From Phoronis australis (lineage: Eukaryota; Animalia; Phoronida): a DNA stretch of 64,000 bases. Numbering within the stretch: the stretch's first letter is position 1; each line of letters opens with the position of its first letter. Shown piece by piece: positions 1 through 12,888 of this stretch. Made by a program: the position numbers and the translations under genes. The stretch spans positions 262,623-326,622 of the forward strand of contig NMRA01000102.1 in assembly GCA_002633005.1 (NCBI GenBank), read 5' to 3'. Under the pieces are notes generated by a model. That model ran no database searches. It saw only the letters and a list, made by a program, of their open reading frames with translations, and was not told the origin of the DNA.

Positions 1-206
1 ATATGCTGAGGTGTGACTGTGTTCAGCGTTTGATGAAATATGCTGAGGTGTGACTGTGTTCAGCGTTTGATGAAATATGCTGAGGTGTGACTGTGTTCAG
101 TGTTTGATGAAATATGCTGAGGTGTCACTGTGTTCAGTGTTTGATGAAATATGCTGAGGTGTCACTGTGTTCTGTGTTTGATGAATTATGCTGAGGTGTC
201 ACTGTG
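1..206. repeat. 37-bp minisatellite, about 5.5 copies (runs off the window start)
   Basis: Unit atatgctgaggtgt(g/c)actgtgttcag(c/t)gtttgatgaa repeated in tandem. Confidence 0.95.
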
Positions 207-276
207 GTTGTTCAACTGTGGATGCTTAATAATCCTCTGATGTATGTTGTCTAATGAACCTATTCTGACAACAATT

Positions 277-370
277 TTGTCAATGCTGTTCTGATAATAC
301 AAATACAATATTGTCAATGCTGTTCTGATAATGCAAATGCAATATTGTCAATGTTGTTCTGATAATACAA
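277..370. repeat. About 34-bp tandem repeat, 3 copies
   Basis: ttgtcaatgctgttctgataatacaaatacaata x3, degenerate. Confidence 0.85.
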
Positions 371-861
371 ACTTTACAATATTGATTTGCAGAATGGGAA
401 TCAAATTGGATTTTTTTTTAGCGCTTTGACTAACTGACAGATTGGCAAAGTCTATTGAAGAGATTTTGTAGTTTGTGTATCGTTAAATTAATTAATGGTG
501 TAGTTCAAACTAGTTCAAAGTGACATTATTGGTGAGAAACATGATTTCATGAGATCAGAGTTTAAGTGTGGTATCGGACCTGCAACTGCTGTAATGGCAG
601 TCCTAACACTCCGTTGGTGGAGGTAAATTGACACTCAAAAAATGTAAATTCACAAGGATTGATTTCAGCGTACACCTGGCAGATGATGTTGAGAATTTGT
701 TATTTGTATTAAGAGCACAAAAACCATTGGATTTTGTTGTTTTGTAGCTCTTTACAAAGCCTATTAACATTAAGAAGCCCGCTCAATCTAACCATCTAAC
801 AACAATGCAAAAAATGCTTTATTTGGTGGTAAAATGTTCTTTTAATTCTTGTGTTATAAAA

Positions 862-1121
862 GTTCTAGGTGTTTAAGTGGCTGTGTGGAAACAGTGCTTG
901 ATGTTTAAGTGGCTGTGTGCACACAGTGCTAGGTGTTTTAAGTGGCTGTGCAGACACAGTGCTAGGTATTTATGTGGCTGTGCATACACAGTTCTAGGTG
1001 TTTTAAGTGGCTGTGTGCACACAGTGCTAGGTGTTTAAGTGGCTGTGCAGACACAGTGCAAGGTGTTTAAGTGGCTGTGCAGACACAGTGCAAGGTGTTT
1101 AAGTGGCTGTGCGAACACAGC
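862..1121. repeat. 32-33-bp minisatellite, about 8 copies
   Basis: cacagtgctaggtgtttaagtggctgtg... repeated. Confidence 0.93.
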
Positions 1122-1288
1122 AAAATGTGACCAATTTAGGACACAACACCCGAGACAAGGAAAATTCTAATTTCTCGCTTTTTCCGTAAAAGATTAACAT
1201 TTCACCTTATTATTGCTTTACCATTTCCAAGTTCAATTGTTTTCTCTGAATTTGTCGAGATTTTACGCCATTTTCAAATTCTCAATTT

Positions 1289-1387
1289 TAAGGTTGGCCA
1301 GCCCCAATAAAGGTTGGCCAGCCCCAATAAAGGTTCGCCAGCCCCAATAAAGGCCAGCCCCAATAAAGGTTGGACAGCCTCAATAAA
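1289..1387. repeat. 20-bp tandem repeat, about 5 copies
   Basis: aaaggttggccagccccaat units. Confidence 0.9.
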
Positions 1388-4110
1388 CTCTGCAGCATGT
1401 TCTTGAGTCGGTGATGGTTTTAATATTTTTGTTGGTAATAGGTCCTATGGTATGGAATATTACCAGACCCATTTTATGAGAGTAAATTCGATTTTCATTT
1501 TTACCCTGCATGGACTGTTCAATAAAAATTGACTGATGTAGTCCTACACCTCCTGCAGACAAAATATTTTAATTATTAAACACCACCTCATTGGAACATT
1601 CAATTTGGTTTCTATAGCACTGCTCACAAACTCAGTCCTTAGATAAGTCAGTGTTCATGCCTGTTTTGATTGCATCCAAGCACTACTGTCTGCCTTGCTG
1701 TACCCAGCCATTGTATCAACATTACTGTCTCATTGATTCTCCATTATGTCCTTCTATACCACCGTAGGGAGGACATTGATTTCTGTTTCCGCTGTTTTAT
1801 TTAATTTTCTGATATCATTAATACCATTATCACAGAGCTGTACAACAAAGTCAGTCGTGTGCACTGCTGTGGTGATATGGTGACCAAGAGATAGTTTGAC
1901 AAATTAGACTCCTACATTACTTTTTCATATTTTTAGTTACTTCACCCGTTTCATATGAATGGCAAAAAGAATTTTATACTTCTCTTCAAAAATTAACACG
2001 AAGAAAACTTTACTCCATGAACAAAAAAAAAGAAAATTTATTGCAACTAATAACATGGGTTGCCTTATAACACTATGTGGTACCAAATTTTGATAATTTA
2101 TTGCAGTAATGTTAGACTTTGAAAAATAGAAAAATTATGATTTACCAATAAATTATTTGGTGACTAACATTATAGTGCTGTTTGTTTGTAGTTGTTATTT
2201 TGTTGTTAAATATGTGAATGAAATACTACCAGCTATAAATTGGCTATTCTTGTATTACAATTATTAATCATAGTACTTATCGAACATGTTTTATGTCTCC
2301 TCTGCTGCCTGGTAACATGTCTAAGTACCATAAATCAGCACGTTGGCTTGGTCCCAGTTAGAATTATTGGTCTCTTACATGCTAGACTGCAGTATCTAAT
2401 TAACAAAATTAGAGCTAAAATTAACTTAATTGTTAAGGGCCTTTTTACATTCTGTGTTCTGAGGATTGATTAATTGTCACTTGTTTTTAAAAGTATTTTG
2501 TAAACCACAGCCTCTCACTGTCGTTCCTTACTAATTAAGTAATTAAATTACTCAAACAATAGGTGATACCTACAATTTCCTGGAGGAGGATGTTTGAACT
2601 TCCTGTTACCTTTGGGATTGAGTAATCACACGGGATTTTACTTGTTTAATTGGCTTGAAATAACTGCCTAGCTGGAGTATACTTAGCATAAAGACGTCAT
2701 TAAGTGGGGATTGAATCAATATTAGTATATAACATCGCCATCACCATGAAATACTTGAGACCATGCAAATTTATCTCCTGGTCAGAAAGGTCTATGGTAC
2801 TGCTGCCACCTAATGGGTAGGGCCTTTGTCTTACATTCAGGATTAGCCACTCTTTTCCACTGGGATGGGTACTTGCCCTATGTTTTAGATAGGCTAAGGG
2901 CCCTCTTGGAAAGCAGTGCTATCACTGAAGAGGCCACCCTCATTTTAAATATCACAATAATAAATAAATAAATAAATGCTACCATATGAAACATTCCTTA
3001 TTATTGGTTTGAGGTTTTTCCACAGGTCTCCTCCAAAAAGAGTCTCTCTCCCATTGAAGGGGTTGATATTGGAATGTATGTGGTTCATGGATGCCACCAC
3101 AGGTGTCTCCTTGTATTTTGTTGTGCAAGGTGCCATCATGACTGGCGACTTTTCTCGGGGGGTTTCTGTGCCCAGTTGCATGAAACAGTCCCTAATTAAG
3201 ATCTTAACCAAGTTCCCAAGCTAGTTACGGAATTCCCTATAAGGATTTTGTTTATGGAGTGTTGCATGAAGAGGTCCTACACTGGGTCCTTCTTGGGAGC
3301 GCCCTAAATCCGAAGTAGGTTCCCAAAGCCGAGCAATCCTGATGGTTGCCGTGGCTAAGATCGCTTAATATGGAGAAAATTATTATCAATACGAGAATAC
3401 CTGTCGCATTTTTGTCTTCTGTTCCACCTTTTGAATGATTGTTCAAGTAGAGTGCACAGTTAAAGTCCTTGTCTCGCGCGTTGTTAACCCTTATTACAAG
3501 GTTAGAAGATGTTATGAGGATCCAAGAAGTACCTACCCCATAACTAATATACGATCCGTACTCGAAAACAGTTTAAATGAACGCGCCACTCACGATTCGC
3601 ACCCGAAGAAACACCGCCATTTTGAACTTGCCGCGAACCCGGAAGTACAATTCATTCAGGAACCCAGGCCGAGAAAACGCCGTCAGTGCGACTCGAGCAG
3701 TGCCTGTACTGTTACCAGCCAGCAAATGGGGATAAAATGATCGACAGCGCGCCTTAATTTTAATAAAATCAAACTACAGACAATTTTATCGAATTTGCTG
3801 AAGAAATGTGGCGAATAAATTTTGACAGAAATTATTTTGCCAGACTCGGGACCGCAGCCTATCGGACCCGGTGCGGATCGAGACCAGACACTGGCGAACG
3901 GTAAATGCATGCGGTTGCAAGCTGTTTTGTCGAAGTAAAATGGTCAAATGATAAATGCTGCATATATTCAAGGGTAGTTTCAGATACTTGCATGAAATTA
4001 CGGGCTGGTTAGTCCTGTGTAACACTGCCGCGGCAGACTTTAGTTAGCCTCAGTCACCAGCAACCAGTGAAGACTATAGTCAAAATACAGCTTGTTAGTA
4101 GGCCTATACA

Positions 4111-4262
4111 GGCGTGCGTTCAGTAGACGCTAGGACCTACGCTAGGACCTAGCTAAAACCTAGTCAAAGTCACGTGTTCTTATTCAAAATACACGGCGAA
4201 ATCTCACGTATTCTCGCGAAGTCTTGCTTTTTAGCGAGGTCCTAGCGTTACTGAACGGGAGG
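4111..4262. mobile_element. Short MITE-like inverted-repeat element
   Basis: cgttcagta(g)acgctaggacct near the left end and aggtcctagcgttactgaacg near the right end. Confidence 0.5.
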
Positions 4263-6198
4263 CAGCTTTGCGCCAAGACTACCCTTAGGCCTAACTGGTC
4301 GCTGGCCACAAACACAAAAAACACGAAAATTGAACAAAGTTTCTTTTTTGTAGCAACGTTTGTCAGAATGTATCAACGTTAAATCTTCACAAATTACAAA
4401 GTAGCCGATTGAACATGCCTTTCAGTTCAGCAAAAGTCGACATTGTAGGTGCCGCCAGAAATGAGACGAAGTCCAACGGGAATTGTGAGCACATTTATCA
4501 CTTAATGAGTAACAGCTGCGAGGCTGAAATTCGGTGAACACTGCTAAATCGTGCAGAATAGTAAGTAAAGATATGTCTAACTAAATTTCACCGTAATTTG
4601 TTGGCGAAAACAATTTACACAAAGTTTTAAACTCGTAACTCATCCCGCTGTCCTCCAATATGGCCGACGCGATCCAAACAAAGTGACCCAAATTTCGCCA
4701 CAAAACTTGCAATAACTTTACAGTGCTTGCCCCGATTTTTATACTTTTTCGATTTTTACTGAGTAGAATGTACTACCTTTCCGATGATAGCAAAGTACTT
4801 TTTCAAAACGAGGAAAAAAATAAAACTGAAAAAAATAGGTTCGACCCATATTGGTTCCTAGGTTCGACCGGCCCACGCCGGTAAGGAACTAAACACCAAT
4901 GCTATTTTAACACTAAGTACGCGTAACATTCCAAAAAAAATCGACGACCACAAACTACAAACTATAAATACACTACATATGCAAACGAATCACGATATAT
5001 TACTAATAAAACAATACAATGAAGACTTTTCGAGCAAGCCATAGCACATTCAGTTACAAGGAAAAAATGGCGGCGTTCAGGACAAGTTCCTGAACTGATG
5101 AGCCGGAAATGTGGGCACGGAAATAACCGATGACAACCGGTAATCATACGCTCAGAGAAAAGGGTCAAATACGGTTGAAAAATCGCTTTTGGCAAGAAAG
5201 GCGAAAAGAATGTAAAGAAAGGGTGTCGAAAATAAGGTTTTATGTAGTAAGTATTTTCGGATACTAGAACCACATGGGCAGTTTGCAACAAGGACTTTAA
5301 TGAGCATTATCTGAGAATTTGAGTTTTCTACTGCTGTTGATAGAGCAGACGATCAATTGTGGCCACCTACACTAATGTAAATTAAAAAACAGTTAAGTCG
5401 TGGCGAACTGGTGAGAATACCAGAATCTCCGGTAGGAGTCGCCGCACTTCCCAATGCGCTTTTAAAGTCGTCTTCTCGGGGAATTAAGTGAGACGTGGGG
5501 TAAGTCGTGGCACTATAGTAATCGATAAACTCAGTTTACGATGGAACTACTAACCTGTACACTGGGTGAGATCACGGCTTTCCTGTTCGACAACTCCAGA
5601 TTCTCTTCAAGCTCTCTAACTATCATGAACATCCCAGCCCTTGAAAATCTAAATCTTTCGTTTAGCTCACTGTTGCTAAACGTCTCGAGTGGGTTAGTTC
5701 TGTCACAGAAAATTCTTTTTTCAACAGCTAATGAGCTTGATCAGCCATTTTATTGCTAGGTACTCAACTTAGGGACTAACTTTAGGTAACCCCAAAAGTT
5801 GAGTCTCTATTTAATGCCTAAACTAACTGGGAACTTTTCATGCAACAGTCCCTAAACTTTAGGGACGTCCCTAAGACTTAAGGACATCCCTAACATTTAG
5901 GGACTGTTTCATGCAACCCGGCAATGGTGTATTTTCAGGTGGGTACTTCTGCCATATATTGCCTCAGATGGATATTTTGACTCTGTGCTCAATTTGGTGG
6001 TATGGTCTTGGGTGGTTAAGATGAGAGGTGACGAACGGGAGAGGGGCTGCACCCATTTGGAAGAAGCCCCCTCAAATTAATCGTTGTCGTTGTAGTTTTA
6101 CCTGCGTGCTTGATTGAATATTTTGGCTACCACTCACTAGCATTTGCTTACATTTTTGTGCTGTCTTTCATAATGTCTAATTGGCAGTCCATACTACA

Positions 6199-9100
6199 CG
6201 AGGGTCGTTCAATAAGTTTTCGGCCTCACCCAGAAAACAACGCGATAGCAACTAATTTTTACTTTTATTTTTCAATATAATCTCCCGTTACATCAATGCA
6301 TTTCTTCCATCTGTACTCCAGTTTTGCAATGCCTTCATAAAAGAAACTTTTGTCAAGCCCCTCAAAATACTCCTCCACTGCACTCATGACGTCATACTGG
6401 TGTTAACGTAGGTAGGCCTTCAAATGTGGAAACAAATAAAAATCAGATGAGGCCAGGTCTGGAGAATAGGAGGGGTGCAGAAGGATTTCAAAGTCACATC
6501 TAGTTGCTTCAGCCACCACAACTTGGACAGTGGACATGTACGTTGTCTTGATTGAAGCAACAGCACTCCATCTAGAAACTTCTCGCGTCTCTTTTCCTTG
6601 ATTGCTTTTTTGAGTTTTTCCAAAAGTGATCCATAGTATGCCTTCCCAGTAACAGTGTGTCCTTGTTGCAAGTAGTCGATCATCAGAATATCTTCGCTGT
6701 CCCAGTAACAGTGTGTCCTCGTTGCAAGTAGTCGATCATCAGAGTATCTTCGCTGTCCCAGTAACAGTATGTCCTCGTTGCAAGTAGTCGATCATCAGAA
6801 TATCTTCGCTGTCCCAGTAACAGTGTGTCCTTGTTGCAAGTAGTCCATCATCAGAATATCTTCGCTGTCCCAGTAACAGTGTGTCCTTGTTGCAAGTAGT
6901 CCATCATCAGAATATCTTCGCTGTCCCAGTAACAGTGTGTCCTTGTTGCAAGTAGTCCATCATCAGAATATCTTCGCTGTCCCAGTAACAGTGTGTCCTT
7001 GTTGCAAGTAGTCCATCATCAGAATATCTTCGCTGTCCCAGTAACAGTGTGTCCTTGTTGCAAGTAGTCCATCATCAGAATATCTTCGCTGTCCCAGTAA
7101 CAGTGTGTCCTTGTTGCAAGTAGTCCATCATCAGAATATCTTCGCTGTCCCAGTAACAGTGTGTCCTTGTTGCAAGTAGTCCATCATCAGAATATCTTCG
7201 CTGTCCCAGTAACAGTGTGTCCTTGTTGCAAGTAGTCCATCATCAGAATATCTTCGCTGTCCCAGTAACAGTGTGTCCTTGTTGCAAGTAGTCCATCATC
7301 AGAATATCTTCGCTGTCCCAGTAACAGTGTGTCCTTGTTGCAAGTAGTCCATCATCAGAATATCTTCGCTGTCCCAGTAACAGTGTGTCCTTGTTGCAAG
7401 TAGTCCATCATCAGAATATCTTCGCTGTCCCAGTAACAGTGTGTCCTTGTTGCAAGTAGTCCATCATCAGAATATCTTCGCTGTCCCAGTAACAGTGTGT
7501 CCTTGTTGCAAGTAGTCCATCATCAGAATATCTTCGCTGTCCCAGTAACAGTGTGTCCTTGTTGCAAGTAGTCCATCATCAGAATATCTTCGCTGTCCCA
7601 GTAACAGTGTGTCCTTGTTGCAAGTAGTCCATCATCAGAATATCTTCGCTGTCCCAGTAACAGTGTGTCCTTGTTGCAAGTAGTCCATCATCAGAATATC
7701 TTCGCTGTCCCAGTAACAGTGTGTCCTTGTTGCAAGTAGTCCATCATCAGAATATCTTCGCTGTCCCAGTAACAGTGTGTCCTTGTTGCAAGTAGTCCAT
7801 CATCAGAATATCTTCGCTGTCCCAGTAACAGTGTGTCCTTGTTGCAAGTAGTCCATCATCAGAATATCTTCGCTGTCCCAGTAACAGTGTGTCCTTGTTG
7901 CAAGTAGTCCATCATCAGAATATCTTCGCTGTCCCAGTAACAGTGTGTCCTTGTTGCAAGTAGTCCATCATCAGAATATCTTCGCTGTCCCAGTAACAGT
8001 GTGTCCTTGTTGCAAGTAGTCCATCATCAGAATATCTTCGCTGTCCCAGTAACAGTGTGTCCTTGTTGCAAGTAGTCCATCATCAGAATATCTTCGCTGT
8101 CCCAGTAACAGTGTGTCCTTGTTGCAAGTAGTCCATCATCAGAATATCTTCGCTGTCCCAGTAACAGTGTGTCCTTGTTGCAAGTAGTCCATCATCAGAA
8201 TATCTTCGCTGTCCCAGTAACAGTGTGTCCTTGTTGCAAGTAGTCCATCATCAGAATATCTTCGCTGTCCCAGTAACAGTGTGTCCTTGTTGCAAGTAGT
8301 CCATCATCAGAATATCTTCGCTGTCCCAGTAACAGTGTGTCCTTGTTGCAAGTAGTCCATCATCAGAATATCTTCGCTGTCCCAGTAACAGTGTGTCCTT
8401 GTTGCAAGTAGTCCATCATCAGAATATCTTCGCTGTCCCAGTAACAGTGTGTCCTTGTTGCAAGTAGTCCATCATCAGAATATCTTCGCTGTCCCAGTAA
8501 CAGTGTGTCCTTGTTGCAAGTAGTCCATCATCAGAATATCTTCGCTGTCCCAGTAACAGTGTGTCCTTGTTGCAAGTAGTCCATCATCAGAATATCTTCG
8601 CTGTCCCAGTAACAGTGTGTCCTTGTTGCAAGTAGTCCATCATCAGAATATCTTCGCTGTCCCAGTAACAGTGTGTCCTTGTTGCAAGTAGTCCATCATC
8701 AGAATATCTTCGCTGTCCCAGAACACAGAGGCCATAACTTTGCTTGCAGAAGCACCCAACTTCAAATTTCAACTTGGGGAACCTACGTGCTTCTATTGTT
8801 TACTTTGTTGTTTTGATTCCAAGTCAAAGTGGTGACCCATGTCTCATCCTGGGTTACAAGTTTTCTGGAAAATTTGGCTTGATCTGCTTGGAATCTTCTT
8901 GAAGTTCCTTTGAAATTTGCATTGTACTCATTTTCTGATCCTGAGTTAACATTGTTGGGACCCATCGTGCACTCAGCTTACTCACGCCCAAATCTTCACT
9001 CAAACTTTTAGAGACGGACCCATTGCTGATGCGAACAGTGTTTGCCAAATGTTGAATAGTCATTTGCCTGTCTTTCATAACCATTGCTTGAATTTTCTGC

Positions 9101-9500
9101 ACATTTTCACTGGAGGTTGATGATTTGGGACGTCCTGGACGAGGGTCATCTTCAACGCTTTCTCAACCCCTCTTGAAACAAGCCGACCACTTTTTTACCG
9201 TGTAGTAACTCAGGGAGTCTTGCTCCAAGTGTTTTTTTCGCATCTCTTCATGAATATATTTTGGTTTCATTCCTTTTTTTACCCAAATACTTTATGACGG
9301 CTCTCATCTCCGTTATCTCCATGCTACTAAATGTGTTGTCTTCTGGTTTTTGAAGCAGTGCCACCTAGCGGCTGTTGACCGTACTTATTCAGCATGAACG
9401 CAGTACTGTTCTAAAAGATGAAATTTTACTACGGTGTGAAAAATTTTAACCTAAGTCCCTGTTTTCTTGATGAGGCCGAGGTCTTATTGAAGGACCCTCG
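6199..9500 (-). mobile_element. Mariner (Tc1/mariner DD34D) transposon, defective, expanded by an internal satellite
   Basis: TIRs cgagggtcgttcaataag..cggcctca (6199) and tgaggccg..cttattgaaggaccctcg (9500), with TA on the right flank and CA on the left. Minus-strand transposase motifs: SARWVPTML, LVTQDETWV, VFWDSEDILMMDYL, HPSYSPDLASSDF. Several frameshifts. Length without the 36 extra repeat units is 1286 bp, typical for mariner. Confidence 0.95.
6644..8721. repeat. 56-bp satellite array, 37 copies, derived from the transposase CDS
   Basis: Unit tcccagtaacagtgtgtccttgttgcaagtagtccatcatcagaatatcttcgctg; 6644 to 8716 = 2072 = 37 x 56. Confidence 0.97.
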
Positions 9501-9940
9501 TATGTTTGCTTGCTTGATGTATGACTCTGACTTAATTAAAGGCCTTTCCCAATGACGTCCATGCTTTGATGTTTAGTGGAGTCGTTACTGGTGGAAACAC
9601 TTAAATTTGGTCTTGGATTGGAATTCAAGTTTGCTTCGCAGTAATCGGGGGATTTAATAGCAAAGCCAGGGTCACCTTAACATTATAGTTTTCCGGGCAC
9701 AGCCGTGCACCGAGGCTTCTACCAGCATAATTACATAGCAATAAAATATATATTGTATACCAACAAGTACATATGTAGTGCAAAGGGGTATTTGTATTTA
9801 TAGGCATACCGGTACTATTGACTACTAAAGCTAATGGGAATGTTCAAGTGAACTTAACAGTTTACACTGATGCTTCACTAAGTAAAAGATTTAACTTGGT
9901 TGGAAAAGGCCATAAGATTCAGCTGATGTGCTCTCCTTAA

Positions 9941-11620
9941 AGGAGAATGCCACCCAAAAAACAACCTACTTTGTATCAGTTTAGATCGAGTAGTTCTACT
10001 CGACTACAGCACGTTCAGTTGCGTTCCTGACGGCACACGGAGGTGTTGAAATTATCCAATGACGTAATTGGTTTCACACGCAGTCTGTTCAGCAGTTCAC
10101 AACACGGGTTACTGGTGTCAGCTTATCGCTTGAATTCATCGTTTAGCACCGATAAATCATCAAACTTGAATGAAAAACCCTTAAAAATGCACCGATTCTT
10201 ATAAAAACATGTTGTTTTATTTCGCTGTTACGGATTTACTGGTATTTGGATACACCGTAGCTTGCAAAGTTCGGCAGGCCAATTTTCCAAGGTCCGTAGA
10301 ACTGAGGAGTTTGGGATATGTTCGGAGATAAATTCTAAGTATTCTTCCGTGAAATACAGACTGGAGAACCTAGATCTGTGTTGTTACACTTCCGATATTT
10401 TGAGTTCTAAACACAAAACGCTTGTTATCCTGGCCAGTGGCTCAGAACCCGATCAGGCCAGTCGCGGCCGGACTGACTCGTTATCCCGGGCTCAGAACCT
10501 GATCAGGCCCGTCGCGGCCGCCGGGACTGGCACAAACATAAACCACCTTGAGTTGGAAACTAAACCTCCAGTCACATTGTGCACATAATTATGTGAATTA
10601 GCCACGAAACTGAAAATCTACTTACTTGTCGGGGGCCGTGATGTCGGGTTCCCCTTCCACAGACCGTCAAGGCAAAGGTTGTACAGTAACAATGATTTGA
10701 ATAATGTATTTGTATTTCTAAATAAAGATTACCTAACATGTGACCATAGCATATGTAATCGAGTAATTGTTTCAGAGCAGCTTTCTGTCAGCAAACACTG
10801 AATTAGCATGCGCTCACATGGCCTTGGTGCCTGGTCAATTAGCTTTGTTGTTGGCATCAAATGCCGGTAACGCAGTGGTTTATTCATTGCTGGCTTCTCA
10901 AAACATTTGCACTCACGAGCACTCCAAGTCATTACAAATTGTATATAATTAGACAGACGTTGTTTCAGTTTCATATAAGCATTGGTTAGGATGAGAATAA
11001 TTCATTTTGAAACAGAACGCAGAATAATAAATGTCTACTTTAAATGGCAACTCGCCTTGCGCCAATCCCGACTTAGTCAAGAGCTCAGGCGACGAAGACT
11101 TCACGGGTCGGAACTTTAGGTTTCACAGGCTATCAGTTCAAACCCGTGGAATACACTAATCAAGAAACACTAGAGAGGCACCGTGAACATGCACAGGCAA
11201 CAGAACGTATGGATAATTCTTTGGTAAGCCGGAATTCGTCAGAGAAATCACTGTCGACGAAATGCCGGCCACAGGACACAGAGATGTTTCACGGCCTTAT
11301 ACTTGCTATTAACAGCCTACCTTTCATTCTTCACTACTGCGAGCCACTTCCTAAGCATATCGGGCTCGCGAGGAAGTCGAAAAAACGACATACCTGCTTT
11401 CTTCGCAGCTTCATAGTTCAGACAACTGGGAACGCTGCACCGTAATATAGCGGCATTCACTCTGCAGACGAACCACTGACGTTGCTGCATCGTTTCTCAC
11501 CTTCCTCACAGGTTAACGCGACACCTCTTGGCAAGATGAGGTCGACCGTATAAGAGGCGATGTGGATATAGACCAATTAAGATGGTAGAAAAGACTAATT
11601 AAATCGGGTGGCATTCTCCT
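9941..11620 (-). mobile_element. Kolobok-like DNA transposon (non-autonomous) with THAP remnant
   Basis: TTAA on both flanks (9937-40, 11621-24); 15-bp TIR aggagaatgccaccc / gggtggcattctcct; AG..CT termini. Confidence 0.85.
11225..11456 (-). pseudogene. Degenerate THAP zinc-finger coding remnant
   Basis: Manual translation CSVPSCLNYEAAKKAGMSFFRLPREPDMLRKWLAVV...(stop, frameshift)...CGRHFVDSDFS matches the THAP C-x4-C ... FxxP ... W ... C-x2-HF signature. Confidence 0.75.
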
Positions 11621-12263
11621 TTAATATTTCTTTGAGCATTGCTCTCATAAGTGTCTTAATTATCACACACCTACATGACTAGAAAAGTCTACTATGTTGC
11701 AAGTACATTAGTGATCTAGATGTGAACATGTTGTTGTAATGCATCAAATTGCGTGTAGTGATTATTTCATGCTTGGATTGAAAACAGTCATCTTTGTTGT
11801 CAGAATGAATGTTCATAGGTGGAGCCGTTACATAGTATAGGGGATAGAATAGTTACCTATCGCCTACCTGTTTGTGTTTACAGACCTGGCTTTTGAACCT
11901 GTCCTGGGCTCTTTGTTGAGGTACTCGAGGGAATCTTTGAGTCACATAGTCACCAGTGAATGGTCTTTGGTGATTGTCCAACACCACTTGGTGGCTGTTA
12001 CTTGTGAGTCTCAGTTCAGTTTTGTAAATGTTGAACAGCGTATGGACACATTCCACAACATTTGCAAAATTGAAAAGAGATGGTGGATATGAATTTCCAG
12101 CTATTTTAACCGAGGCCTCCTCATAATTAACAACCATGAGGTGGTGTTGGACAACCACCTTGTACCACCCATTGGTGACCATGTTACATGAAGATTCCCG
12201 CCAGTACCCTACAGATCACAGATAGGTACCTACTCTATATATCATCTTTGTTAATTGTTATGA

Positions 12264-12467
<204 letters not shown>

Positions 12468-12888
12468 TGACTTCAGTTGGTTGAGTAGGAATGTTGGGAG
12501 GAACCAAGTGGTTTGAGTAGGGGTTTTGGGGGTTGACTTCAGTGGTTTGATTGTATAATTGTATTGCTTTTAACTCTGATTCCATCATATCCAATTAGAA
12601 TAGTGGATTTTAATCTGACAATTCTGAATAAAATCATGGACAGTGTTGCGACAAATGGTTCCGTATTAGAGTAATAATCACTTACAGAGGTTCCACATTT
12701 TGAGAACCAGTTTTCTCTACTGATTATCAGGCATCAAACTGGTTCTCAAAACCTGGTACACCTGTACGTGACTATTGCCCGTTTTGATGTGGTAGTATAG
12801 TGATCAGAGTAGCTGTTGGCAGTCCCATGTAAAAAGGAATGGAGATTACAAATAGCGATCAAAACACTGTTTGAAAATAGCAACTTAA

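Noticed and set aside
2400-3530. Possible decayed DIRS or other retroelement on the minus strand
   Set aside because: Only vague resemblance; no recognisable RT, RNase H or recombinase motif could be read
5090-5130. Possible hammerhead core ctgatgagcc...ggc...gaaa
   Set aside because: GAAA does not directly follow stem II and there is no NUH site with stem I pairing
3595-5250. CpG-rich, promoter-like tract with YY1- and ETS-like motifs (ccgccatttt, ccggaagt, aaaatggcggcg)
   Set aside because: No linked exon identified; similar motifs occur inside repeats at 31260 and 40600, so probably transposon-derived
6644-8721. CRISPR-like regular array
   Set aside because: No unique spacers; pure head-to-tail repeat of transposase sequence in a eukaryotic context
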